A DNA stretch of 63,717 nt, filler included, from Octopus bimaculoides (GCF_001194135.2; 4 parts of 4 records of this genome joined end to end with filler, not necessarily neighbours in it), one strand, 5' to 3'; numbered from the whole stretch's first letter, positions 11,028 through 22,035 are shown. A program made the numbers and translations. The notes: generated by a model not told the origin, from the sequence alone.

Positions 11028-11123
11028 ACAGCTGATCTTACCAATCGGTTTCGCAGTAGAAGTTCAACAGAGTGTTGGGTAACTTCCCAATTATGTAAGC
11101 CTGAGCTCATCAGAGGTAGCCAT
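11028..11123 (-). ncRNA. Candidate type I hammerhead ribozyme, canonical core, long stem II
   Basis: Minus strand: ATGGCTACCT-CTGATGA-GC...[GAAGTT/AACTTC and CAAC/GTTG hairpin]...GC-GAAA-CC GATT GG-TA-AGATCAGCTGT; stem III ACC/GGT, cleavage triplet GUA, stem I about 10 bp with one mismatch and one bulge. Confidence 0.6.
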
Positions 11124-11384
11124 TTATATATATATGGTTTGCTGAGTATCTGAAATGTTGTTTGATCCACAACAACAAACTACAAGAACAGCACGTAACA
11201 TTTCAACTGCTATGATTTAATTAGTTCCATTGAGTGACTTCATACACATTCACCACTGACACCGCCTCACTGTTTTGTGTTTGTGTAACCAGCCAGACAT
11301 GCATATACATACATATATATGTATATTACATACATATTATACACACATACATATAATTACACATATCATACACACACAGATATT

Positions 11385-12305
11385 TATGGCAGTACCCAGT
11401 GTAAGCTACGGACACATAAGAGGTGCAGCAACATCAAAGGAAGATTAACTGAGAAGATACCTTTCGTGAGTGGCAGATGCACAGGGGCAATAAACACCAC
11501 AAATGCCCAGAAAACAGATTCCGTCACACTCCAGGAGGAGAAACTAGAAGTAGTTGATAGCTTCCGCGACCTAGGTGACCAAATTAGTAGTGGGGGTGGA
11601 TGCTCAAAGAGTGTTGCCACTAGAATAAGAATAGCCTGGGAAAAGTTTCGAAAGCTTCTACCCCTACTGGTGACAAAGGGCCTTTCACTCAGAGCGAAAG
11701 GTAGATTGTACAATGCATGTGTGCGAACTGCCATGCTTCACGGAAGTGAAGCATGGTTCGTGACTGTGGAGGACATGCGTAGGCTAGAAAGAAGTGAAGC
11801 TAGCATGATCCGCTGGATGTGTAATATCAGTGTGTACAGATGACAGAGTGTAAGCACCCTGAGAGAAATGTTGGACCTAAGAAGCATCGGATGTGGTGTG
11901 CAAGAGAGACGTTTGTGTTGGTATGGTCATGTACTATGGATGGATGAGGAGAGCTGTGTGAAGAAGTGCCACTCCCAAACAGTTGAAGGAATCCGGGGTA
12001 GAGGTAGACCCAGGAAGACATGGGATCAGGTGGTGAAGCATGACCTTTGAACGCTGGGCCTCACAGAGGCAATGACAAAAGACCAAAACCTCTGGAAATA
12101 CGCTGTGACTGCGAAGACCCGGCAAATAAAGTGAGTTCACGGCTGTATCCTACACCAGTTTCGCATAACCAGCCCCAGTACCTTGGATTGTAGGGTGACC
12201 TGCTGTGCTTGAAGAGACCTATTGAGTCAAGTACATCAACATCAAAATGAAAATTGTAGTTGTGGTACCTGTGCCAGTGGCACGTAAAAAGCACTATCCG
12301 AATGT
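11385..12305 (+). mobile_element. 5'-truncated RTE LINE (post-RT region, C-terminus, 3' UTR)
   Basis: ORF 11319+: KLEVVDSFRDLGDQISSGGGC...RIRIAWEKFRKLLPLL...RLYNACVRTAMLHGSEAW, continuing RRLCWYGHV...GRGRPRKTW. Confidence 0.9.
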
Positions 12306-12314
12306 GGCCAATAT

Positions 12315-12475
12315 TTTCTCTCTCTTTATTTTCTCTATCTGTTTCTTTCTGTGGAAGAGCGTAGGCTCGAAACATTAAAGACTTTTTTACTTCCAAGCGT
12401 TAAACTAATACATCTGTTTGTTGTCTACACCACCTGTCTTCATCTTTTGGGGTTTTTTTGTGAATTCTCCCTATA
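12315..12475 (+). mobile_element. Solo Penelope-like terminal repeat (pLTR) fragment
   Basis: Co-linear with the reverse complement of 17760-17900, which lies downstream of a GIY-YIG ORF. Confidence 0.7.
12341..12382 (+). ncRNA. Minimal hammerhead-like motif, variant core CTGTGGA-A
   Basis: TCTTT-CTGTGGA-A-GAGC gtag GCTC-GAAA-CAT-T-AAAGA: 5-bp stem I and 4-bp stem II. Confidence 0.45.
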
Positions 12476-12680
12476 TATGTAAAATTCTAGCTTTCAGTGG
12501 CCTCGAAGAGGTCAGAAGGGTGAAGTGGCAACAACATTATTCTGCTTAGCAAAAGCATCTGGCAAATGTAACTGCTGTCACTCACTGAAAAACTATTGTT
12601 TTAGCATGAGAAAAGTGCTGTTAAACTGTTAAGTGAAATTTGGCGATTGAGGATCAAATCCACTACATATATATCTATAT

Positions 12681-12828
12681 ATGACAGGCTTCTTTCAGTT
12701 TCCGTCTACCAAATCCATTCACAAGGCTTTGGTCAGCCCGAAGCTATAGTAGAAGACACTTGCCCAAGGTGCTACGCAGTGGGACTGAACTCAGAACCAT
12801 TACTTACCACACTGCCACTCTTGTGCCT
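12681..12828 (-). mobile_element. SINE family A 5' half
   Basis: Matches the family A head/body with a small deletion. Confidence 0.85.
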
Positions 12829-13537
12829 GTTAGTAATAATTTAATTTAATAACATAATTTGGTTAGTAAACGATGTTCTCTCATACACAGTTTTATCTCA
12901 AAAAATTTCTGATATAAATCTTTGCAGAAAGATGATTTGATTGATCACATATTTTTTTTTCCATTATTTTATTGCGAATACTATGTAGAAGTTACAGGAA
13001 AGTGATCCTTTTTTTTTATTTCATTTTTTTTGTTTTGTTGGGTCAACTNNNNNNNNNNNNNNNNNNNNNNNNNNNNNNNNNNNNNNNNNNNNNNNNNNNN
13101 NNNNNNNNNNNNNNNNNNNNNNNNNNNNNNNNNNNNNNNNNNNNNNNNNNNNNNNNNNNNNNNNNNNNNNNNNNNNNNNNNNNNNNNNNNNNNNNNNNNN
13201 NNNNNNNNNNNNNNNNNNNNNNNNNNNNNNNNNNNNNNNNNNNNNNNNNNNNNNNNNNNNNNNNNNNNNNNNNNNNNNNNNNNNNNNNNNNNNNNNNNNN
13301 NNNNNNNNNNNNNNNNNNNNNNNNNNNNNNNNNNNNNNNNNNNNNNNNNNNNNNNNNNNNNNNNNNNNNNNNNNNNNNNNNNNNNNNNNNNNNNNNNNNN
13401 NNNNNNNNNNNNNNNNNNNNNNNNNNNNNNNNNNNNNNNNNNNNNNNNNNNNNNNNNNNNNNNNNNNNNNNNNNNNNNNNNNNNNNNNNNNNNNNNNNNN
13501 NNNNNNNNNNNNNNNNNNNNNNNNNNNNNNNNNNNNN

Positions 13538-13860
13538 CTTCTTAGAATTTTTCTTGTTGCACTGAAACCGGTGTTCTGAGTGACATCATCCGGCCAGCTT
13601 CACTTTGTAAATTTTGCTCAGTATAGTTTTATAAGATGGGCAGCGCATTTGTTTGGGTAGGAGCCCCAAGTTCATGGCAATAACTTTTTTATAATACCTC
13701 TTTTTACCTTGGGAAATTTCTCTGAAATTTTATCGCCAAGAAACAAAGCCGGCCAGTTTGGGATTTTTGTTGAAACTCATCCCCAATCGACTTCCAGGCC
13801 ATTTGAAGTACATATGTAAAAAGGCGATCTTTCGTTTTGAGAACAGTTTACATCACTTCT
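13538..13860 (-). mobile_element. Possible Merlin/ISXO2-like transposase N-terminal fragment running into an assembly gap
   Basis: Minus frame IAMNLGLLPKQMRCPSYKTILSKIYKVKLAG*CHSEHRFQCNKK resembles the GLL..xxCPxC...RxQC zinc-ribbon N-terminus; the DDE core is not visible. Confidence 0.35.
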
Positions 13861-13965
13861 TAAAGCACGTGGGTTTATTTATGTTTCTGAACAAGATCGT
13901 TGCTTTCCGTAAAAAGTTTTTACTTATGTGGGGGGAAGAGGGGACTTTACCTTTTGAAGTCGGCG

Positions 13966-13997
<32 letters not shown>

Positions 13998-14064
13998 CAA
14001 TTAGAACAGGGGAGTATCTTATGAAGTCGGCGTTAAGCGGAGGAGATGACGTGGGGGTATGTGT

Positions 14065-14797
14065 TTGATGGGGTGTGCGAGACAGAAAGTATGGTGTGTA
14101 TGTGAAGTTGTTTTGTTAGTGTGTGTGAAGAGACAGAGAGAGCAATGGTGCTGGTGTGTGTGATTGAGTGAGATACCTGAAGTTTTTTTTTTATTTACTT
14201 TTTGTCATGAGTGATTGACAGAAAAGAGAGAGAGGGGGTGTTATGATGTATGTATGTATATATGTATGTATGTGTGAATGGCTTCAGTGACACACACGCA
14301 AACACATACGTACGTACACCTATTGCATACGTTTTTTTGCATATATATTCATGTGCGTGTGAGGGGAGAGAGAGAGAGAGAGAAGGTATGTTTTTTTTTG
14401 TTTTTGATTGTTGTTTGCATGTATGGTTATGTAACGGTCTGCTATGTATAACAACAAGCAAAAACAAAAAAACATTCCTTCTCTCTCTCTCTCTCCCTCA
14501 TGAACATGTATGCAAAAACGTATGCAATAGGTGTACGTACGTGTTTGTATGTGTGTCACTGAAGCCATTAACGCATACATAACAACCTCTCTCTCTCTCT
14601 TTTTCTCTGTCAGTCATTCACACATTCACTCAATACAAACAGTAAATAAAAAAAATTCAGTTATCTCTCTCTCTCTCCTTCTCACTCAATCACACACACG
14701 CACACACCAGCATTATTGTTCTCTCTCTATCTCTTCACACATACCAACAAAGCAACTTCACATACACACCACACTTTCTGTCTCGCACGCCCATTCC
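14065..14797. repeat. Large foldback of about 730 bp (arms about 14065-14410 / 14450-14797)
   Basis: ggcttcagtgacacac...gtacgtacacctattgcatacgttttt vs aaaaacgtatgcaataggtgtacgtac...gtgtcactgaagcc; gcgagacagaaagt vs actttctgtctcgc. Confidence 0.85.
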
Positions 14798-14799
14798 AA

Positions 14800-16040
14800 C
14801 GACGGAATAAAAATGGACAAACATATATGTCTGTGTAGACTCAACAGCTTGTGTGTGCCTATATATCACATACTCACTCACTACGCGAGTGTATATGGGT
14901 GATGGATGTATAAAGCGAAAAGTCAAATGGCATCAGAAAAAGAAGAAACATTAAACAGAGAGAAACAAGTTTGTGAGAGAAATAAAACTATTGGTGTACA
15001 TACAGAGTTATCTGGTGCGACTGATTCGGCGAGGGGTCGTAAATCAAACTTCCAGCCAAAGAAATCACTAGGTCCAGTTCCAAGCAATTCCTCCGCTGCA
15101 CGTCGACTTCTGAAGCTCCCTTCCCCCCTCCCCACACGTATAAGTGAAAAAATTTTTAAAGTTTACGGAAAGCGACGATTTTGTTTAGAATTATTAAAAA
15201 AATATGTGCGAAAAGGAGTTCGTGTAAGAATTGGTTGTTTAGAAATGTCGATTTTTGCCAATTTTTNNNNNNNNNNNNNNNNNNNNNNNNNNNNNNNNNN
15301 NNNNNNNNNNNNNNNNNNNNNNNNNNNNNNNNNNNNNNNNNNNNNNNNNNNNNNNNNNNNNNNNNNNNNNNNNNNNNNNNNNNNNNNNNNNNNNNNNNNN
15401 NNNNNNNNNNNNNNNNNNNNNNNNNNNNNNNNNNNNNNNNNNNNNNNNNNNNNNNNNNNNNNNNNNNNNNNNNNNNNNNNNNNNNNNNNNNNNNNNNNNN
15501 NNNNNNNNNNNNNNNNNNNNNNNNNNNNNNNNNNNNNNNNNNNNNNNNNNNNNNNNNNNNNNNNNNNNNNNNNNNNNNNNNNNNNNNNNNNNNNNNNNNN
15601 NNNNNNNNNNNNNNNNNNNNNNNNGTTTATGCCGTCGACTGTGATTACATATAAACATATTTGTGTATATATATATGTATGTATTTAAATAAATACAAGT
15701 GGAAGGCAACGACGATGGACGATAAAAAAGTGCTGCGGAGTTTATTATTGTGTGTATATTATGTTGCCGTCCTTAAAATAAACCCTTCGAGAGCCGAAAG
15801 TTGTCTCGGAACTGGACCTTGTACGTGTGATTTCCTCGGCTGGCAGTTTGACCTGCGACCCCTCACCGAAGCAATCGCACCAGATCAACCTCTGTATGTA
15901 AACCGATTTCTTTCTATTTAATCTTTCTTCTTCCTCTGGTGCCATTTGGCTTTTCGCTTTATACATTCATCACCCATATACACTCACGTAGCTGTTGAGT
16001 CGACACAGACATCTATGTTTGTCCATTTCTATTCCGTTCT
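14800..16040. mobile_element. Long-TIR DNA element (about 280-bp diverged inverted arms, centre in an N gap)
   Basis: 14800-15090 is the reverse complement of about 15800-16040; ORFs 14906+ and 15745- start similarly (MYKAKSQMA) for this reason. Confidence 0.75.
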
Positions 16041-16113
16041 TCTAAATATGGCTTAGGAAAAGTTTCACAACTTTTATAAAGGTTGAAGTTCCGTTATATG
16101 TGTGTTATTTAAG

Positions 16114-16158
16114 ATTCGTATAATTCGGAAGAAAGCTGCACTCGTATTTCTCGATAAA
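16114..16158 (+). CDS. Candidate 45-nt exon (IRIIRKKAALVFLDK)
   Basis: ttatttaag| acceptor and a strong AAA|gtgagt donor; only phase 0 is open. Confidence 0.3.
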
Positions 16159-16577
16159 GTGAGTACATTAATCAAAAGTATACAGTATTATACATATATA
16201 TATGTATATGTATATATATATATGTATTGTATGGCATTCTTTCGATAAAATATCTATATTGAAAGAATGCCATATATATACGATTGTTTATTTCATAATA
16301 AAATAATAATTTAACTTCTCCATGAAAAAAGATTAATATGAATAACTTTTCTGATAGTTTTCTTTTATTTCAATGATCAGATGTTTACAAATCTTTTATC
16401 TAAACATTAAAATTCTTTCTTATTCAGTTTTGATAATAACAGTTATGTGTATATGTGGATGTATGTATAATATATATGTGTGTGTGTGTGTGTGTACTTT
16501 ATTAAAAAGTATTGAGTAGTCATTCAGTTTAATATCAATTTGTTTTTATATATAACTTAAACGCAAACAATAATATA

Positions 16578-16615
<38 letters not shown>

Positions 16616-17050
16616 TACTTGTGAGGATGTAGATACCTCTTGAAGGGATGTTGACATCCAAGTTCCCCGGTTTTATCCTGTATATCGGTGAAATGCTAAA
16701 ATGTTAGCTTCTCGATTGAGATGTGATTATTTTTTATATCAATTTTTAACCAACTCAATATATTCAAAATGCATTTTTAATTTAAATATTTGAATTGGAT
16801 ATAGAAACAATTGTAGGTTGTACGAATTTGATATGTTAATAAATTGATATCTGTCGATTTCTCCATTTTTTTATCTTAAACATTATATAAATATTAAAGA
16901 TAACAGCACATAAGGCGCCTACCTGCTAGAAAGAGGAGTTAAAACTAATAATAATACTGACAAATACGACAGAAAATTAACAGTAGTCTGGCGAACGGGC
17001 CAAAAAAAATTTTCTCGTTCCTATATAATGCTATATATTTATTAGTATTT

Positions 17051-17208
17051 GGAGTGGCTGTGTGGTAAGTAGCTTGCTTTCCAACCACCTGGTTTCAGGT
17101 TCAGTCCCAAAGCGTGGCACCTTAGCCAAATGTCTTCTAATAATAGCCTCGGGCCGACGAAAGCCTTGTGAGTGGATTTGGTAGACAGAAACTGAAAGAA
17201 GCCCGTTG

Positions 17209-17240
<32 letters not shown>

Positions 17241-17756
17241 TGTGTATTTCTTCTATCTTAATGAATAAAAATTCTTCTGATAGAATAAATGGGTTAATAG
17301 AAACCAATGTAGCAAAGAGCACAAAATAAATGTGGTTTANNNNNNNNNNNNNNNNNNNNNNNNNNNNNNNNNNNNNNNNNNNNNNNNNNNNNNNNNNNNN
17401 NNNNNNNNNNNNNNNNNNNNNNNNNNNNNNNNNNNNNNNNNNNNNNNNNNNNNNNNNNNNNNNNNNNNNNNNNNNNNNNNNNNNNNNNNNNNNNNNNNNN
17501 NNNNNNNNNNNNNNNNNNNNNNNNNNNNNNNNNNNNNNNNNNNNNNNNNNNNNNNNNNNNNNNNNNNNNNNNNNNNNNNNNNNNNNNNNNNNNNNNNNNN
17601 NNNNNNNNNNNNNNNNNNNNNNNNNNNNNNNNNNNNNNNNNNGGGAGCGGTAGAATAAGTACTAGGCTTACAAAGAATAAGTCCTGGGGTCGATATGCTC
17701 GACTAAAGGCGGTGCTCCAGCATAGCCGCAGTCAAATGACTGAAACAAGTAAAAGT
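17051..17756 (+). mobile_element. SINE family A (5' half 17051-17210; 3' end 17643-17756 after a gap)
   Basis: Family A head and 3' tail ggcggtgctccagcat.gccgcagtcaaatgactgaaacaagtaaaag; the two halves may belong to different copies. Confidence 0.8.
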
Positions 17757-18890
17757 ATATATATGGAATTTAAAAAACAACAAAAGACGAAGACAGGTGT
17801 ATTAGTTTAATGCTTGGGAAGGTGAGAAAGTCTTTTACGTTTCGAACCTACGCTCTTCAACAGAAAGGAACACGCGAAAATAAACAGAATAAAAAAAGCT
17901 TTAGTGGCTAGCGGTCGATCATGGCGATGGCTGGATGGATATGGTCAGACAGGAGGGCTAGGAAGGGGAGATAATAAAGTAGTGGTGATCCTAAAACGAA
18001 GGTGCGTGTGGATGTGTATGTGAGAGCGTATAAGTGTGTGCATGTGGATTGGGGCTAGTGATCTTGACGTGTGGGTGTGTGCATGTGTAGGTGTGTAGAT
18101 GATGGTGTGGGTGCTGGGAAGTTGTTAGTGTGTGTGCAGGGTGGTGTGGTGGTAGGGGTGGAGTATGTGGGATTGGAATGGATAGGGATAGTGGGGTGTG
18201 GATGGAGGGAGGAGGTAGGTAGAAGTGAAGAAAGTCAGTGTCAGGGCAAGATAGGAGAGGTGGGTGGGAGTGAAGAGAGGAAGTAGGTGTGAGAGGAGGG
18301 GAGTTGATCCCATGTGGCGAAAAGAGAAGATTGATTCCTGTTCATGGTGAAGGCAGGAGTCCGAATAGCCCCTGTGCAAAGACAAAGACAATCTGAACAC
18401 AGACAGGTGTGGTAATGAGTGACTGGTAGAGCGGAAATGGTGCGAGACTGGTGTGTCATTGCCGAGTCTGATGTCTCGGAGGTGTTCCGCGAACTGGTCA
18501 GCCAAGCAGCGTCCCATTTGACCGATGTACAGAGAAGGGCAGAAAGAGCAGGGGATGCAGTAAATGGCATTGTTAGAAGTGCAGTTGAAGGAGTCAGTGA
18601 TATGATAGGGACGATGATGGGTGCCTGTGAGGATGGTGATGTTGGAGAGGTAGGGACAAGTGCGGGAGCAGGGGAGTGAGCCAGGTTGAGAGGTGGGGTT
18701 AGGGAAGAAACTGTGGACCAGGAGGTCACGTAGCTTGTGGGCTCCTTTGAAGGAGGGGAGGGATAGATTGGGGAAGATGTGCAAAGTGGAGGGATCGGAC
18801 TGGAGTCACTGAAAGGCTCAGACAATGGTGCATCGGAGAGGCAGGGTGGAGGGGTGGTGGGTGAGGGTAAACAGGAGACCGGTAACGCTG
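17757..18890 (-). mobile_element. Penelope-like element: GIY-YIG endonuclease region plus 3' pLTR
   Basis: ORF 18125-18784 minus: KLRDLLVHS...C..CP...FNCTSNNAIYCIPCSFCPSLYIGQMGRCLADQFAEHLRDIRLGNDTPVSHHF, matching the PLE GIY-YIG signature. Confidence 0.9.
17831..17870 (-). ncRNA. Minimal hammerhead-like motif in the Penelope pLTR, variant core CTGTTGA-A
   Basis: CTTT-CTGTTGA-A-GAGC gtag GTTC-GAAA-CGT-A-AAAG; palindromic ACGT stem III; cleavage triplet GUA. Confidence 0.55.
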
Positions 18891-18944
18891 CATGTGCATA
18901 TGTATTTCTATAAGCCTATATGTATTAAGTTTTGTTTACAAAAC

Positions 18945-18978
<34 letters not shown>

Positions 18979-19727
18979 GGGTGTATCAAGTAAACTCAGT
19001 CTGCTAGAATATTTATTTGAAATAGTCATAAAAATAAACCCAACTATTTTGCAAGTTTTCTTTGCCATTCATCAGTTGAATGTTGGAGGGAATCGGTCAT
19101 CACCACCCACCCTCAAGATGTGTGGCCTTGTCTATGGAAGAATCTTGTTTTGTGCCTATTTTGCAAATGGCAGAATCTAAACACTCTATGTAACCACTCG
19201 TAGCTTTTTTTATTTTTTGGAATTTTCAGAAAACTTTTGCTAAGTTTTGTTCTACACACAGGAATTCATATGATTATGAAAAAAAAAAAAAAATCAATGT
19301 AAAAAAAATTTTTTGAAGCTTTCTCTTCCCCCATTTCCACTCTTTTTCTGATTTTTTAAAAAAATCAGAGTTTATAATATGGACGGTCCGAATTCTTTGC
19401 TTAAATCCCCGCAGTGGGCCACCTTTGGGTGCATCATCATTCCATAAAATNNNNNNNNNNNNNNNNNNNNNNNNNNNNNNNNNNNNNNNNNNNNNNNNNN
19501 NNNNNNNNNNNNNNNNNNNNNNNNNNNNNNNNNNNNNNNNNNNNNNNNNNNNNNNNNNNNNNNNNNNNNNNNNNNNNNNNNNNNNNNNNNNNNNNNNNNN
19601 NNNNNNNNNNNNNNNNNNNNNNNNNNNNNNNNNNNNNNNNNNNNNNNNNNNNNNNNNNNNNNNNNNNNNNNNNNNNNNNNNNNNNNNNNNNNNNNNNNNN
19701 NNNNNNNNNNNNNNNNCACTAACGTAA

Positions 19728-20135
19728 AAGCGGTGTTATTGTATGGGGCTGAGACATGGCGAACAACAGTTAAGTCAAATAAGCAAATACAATCATTCAT
19801 CAACAGATGCTTGCGTAGTATACTTAAAATTAGATGGCCCGAACACATAAACAATATGGAGCTATGGCAAAGAACGAATCGAGTTTCGATTACAGAGCAA
19901 ATATTTAAGTGGAAGTGGATTGGTAGCACAGTTAGAAAGGACACACCAAAATGCAGCAAAAAGTGCTTTACAGTGGAATCCGGATGGATATAGAAAGAGG
20001 GGTAGGCCTAAGAACTCGTGGCGTAGATCAACACAAAAGGAACTAGAGAAAGGGGGGACATTCATGGCAGAGTATAAGTACAGAAGCAAGAAATTATGCA
20101 ACATGGAATTCAATTATAAGTGGCCTATACTCCGC
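19728..20135 (+). mobile_element. RTE LINE 3' fragment
   Basis: NVKAVLLYGAETW...QSFINRCLRSILKIRWP..I.N.ELWQRT...WKWIG, then AAKSALQWNPDGYRKRGRPKNSWRRS. Confidence 0.9.
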
Positions 20136-20184
20136 ATTGGAAGATTAAAGGCATAAAAAAAAAAATTTGTATGGAAAAATTAGA

Positions 20185-20638
20185 GCTAATGGAGAATCGC
20201 GCCTCACCTTGAAAAATGCATTTTTCTACAAAAGTTTATTTGGATTCCCAGGTTTTACATGTTGGAGATTACAAATATGCAAAATAAGATTTTTTTTTAA
20301 AATTCCCCCACCAAGTTTAAATCTATTGTTGTATATCGAAGTGTGGAAATTTCATTGAAAGAGGTATGTAACAGAAGAATATGGGGATTTTAACAATACC
20401 GAAACAATTTCTACAGTTTAGCCTAAATGAACATAGAAAGTGCACTTTACATACCTGCTTTAATGAAATTTCCACACTTCAATATACAACAATATATTTT
20501 AAAATGGTGGTGGTGGGGGATTTAGAAAATTTTTTTGTTTTGCATATTTGTAAGCTCCGACATGTAAAACCTAGGAATCCAAATAAACTTTTTCAGAAAA
20601 ATGCATTTTTCAAGGTGAGGTGAGATTCTGCATTAAAC
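20185..20638. mobile_element. MITE/foldback with about 190-bp inverted arms
   Basis: 20185-20372 is the reverse complement of 20446-20638 (cctcaccttgaaaaatgcatttttct / agaaaaatgcatttttcaaggtgagg). Confidence 0.85.
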
Positions 20639-20978
20639 CTGAAAAATTTTCTCAAAATCTCAAAGAATAAAAAAATTATGAGGGATTATATCGGATGCTT
20701 AAATCAGAATTCTATCTTGCAAACAATTATTTCCTTAAATTTCATGGGGTTGTAGCTATTTTTTCTTTATTATTTTAATTTTTTCTGTTGGTGGCAAGTT
20801 GTCTTTTAAAACCCTAGGCCATTTCTGATACATTTCTTTACTTTTAAGACATTGGAGAATTGTGTTAGAGGTGCTTGTTTAAATAGTATCGAGCTGCTAT
20901 CATCCCTATCACGTTAACATTGTGTCTTTTCAGGGATTACATAAAAATACATTATCCATTGTGCTTTTTAATTTTAAG

Positions 20979-21104
20979 ACAGTATTTTTAGCGAATCAAA
21001 GACGACTTCTGCAGAAAGAGCATTCTGTGAAGTAGGGGTTAGCATGCTCACTAAATTTTTTACCAGTTACAATTATAACCCCATTCCTCTTCATTACAGT
21101 TTAT
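20979..21104 (+). CDS. Candidate 126-nt phase 1-1 exon (DSIFSESKTTSAERAFCEVGVSMLTKFFTSYNYNPIPLHYSL)
   Basis: ttttaattttaag| acceptor, strong TAT|gtaagt donor, open frame, length divisible by 3; no homology recognised. Confidence 0.3.
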
Positions 21105-21516
21105 GTAAGTTTGATTAAATAAATATGTTCCGTGTTTCCCTTCCTTTCTTTTTCAACTTGCTAAATCCTCTACAGGATTAAGGTCGGTTAATTCCCTAAG
21201 GGTACCCCTTTTTAAATTAGGCATTCCATTGTCTAACTGACAATATAAATGTAAAATGGCATACTTACACAAGTATGCTCACCACGACATTGTCTCCTCA
21301 TAACTTTCAGCAATCTGGGTAATTTCTTATGAAATTTTATATGGCGTAGATTCCGATTATATATATCTAAAATATGTATATGTATATGTGTGTGTGTGTG
21401 TGTGTGNNNNNNNNNNNNNNNNNNNNNNNNNNNNNNNNNNNNNNNNNNNNNNNNNNNNNNNNNNNNNNNNNNNATATATATATATATATATATATATATA
21501 AGAGAGAGAGAGAGAG

Positions 21517-21672
21517 AGGTGCAAACGTGGTTGTGTGGTAAGAAGCTTGCTTCCCAACCACATGGTTCCAGTTCAGTCCCATTGCGTGGCACCTTCTCTT
21601 CTGCTATAGTCTCAGGCCGACCAAGGCCTTGTGAGTGGGTTTTGTTTGATGGAAACTAAAAGAAGCCCGCCA
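21517..21672 (+). mobile_element. SINE family A 5' half
   Basis: Family A head to gaaagaagcccg, then microsatellite. Confidence 0.85.
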
Positions 21673-21707
<35 letters not shown>

Positions 21708-21844
21708 TAAATTCTGTTATTTCACCAGGCTAACAATATTGTTTAGACTAGCAAAAGAACTCTACATAAATCCATGATTGTGTTCCAGTTTCTTTTTTTT
21801 ACACAATGATGTACAAGACAAGGCATAAATAATGCTTATTATAT

Positions 21845-22035
21845 ATTTTTCTTTATTGTAATGAATTTCACCTACAGCTGTTTCCAGTAGACACTATAGG
21901 GTTGTTATTGATTGCTGTACTCAATCGGCCCATTGATCGGTTTAGAAAAATTGAAAGACCTAAAAAAATTAATGCTACTTTCGTCAGTCATGACGACTGG
22001 AAACAGCTATAAGTCAAGTTTACTACAATAAAGAA
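21845..22035. repeat. Short element with inverted ends, each carrying GAAACAGCT(G/A)TA...AATAAA
   Basis: tctttattgtaatgaatttcacctacagctgtttccagt vs actggaaacagctataagtcaagtttactacaataaaga. Confidence 0.55.

Noticed and set aside
14906-15966. Two ORFs beginning MYKAKSQMA that look like paralogous genes
   Set aside because: They are the two arms of one inverted repeat read on opposite strands, diverge in frame quickly and show no recognisable domain
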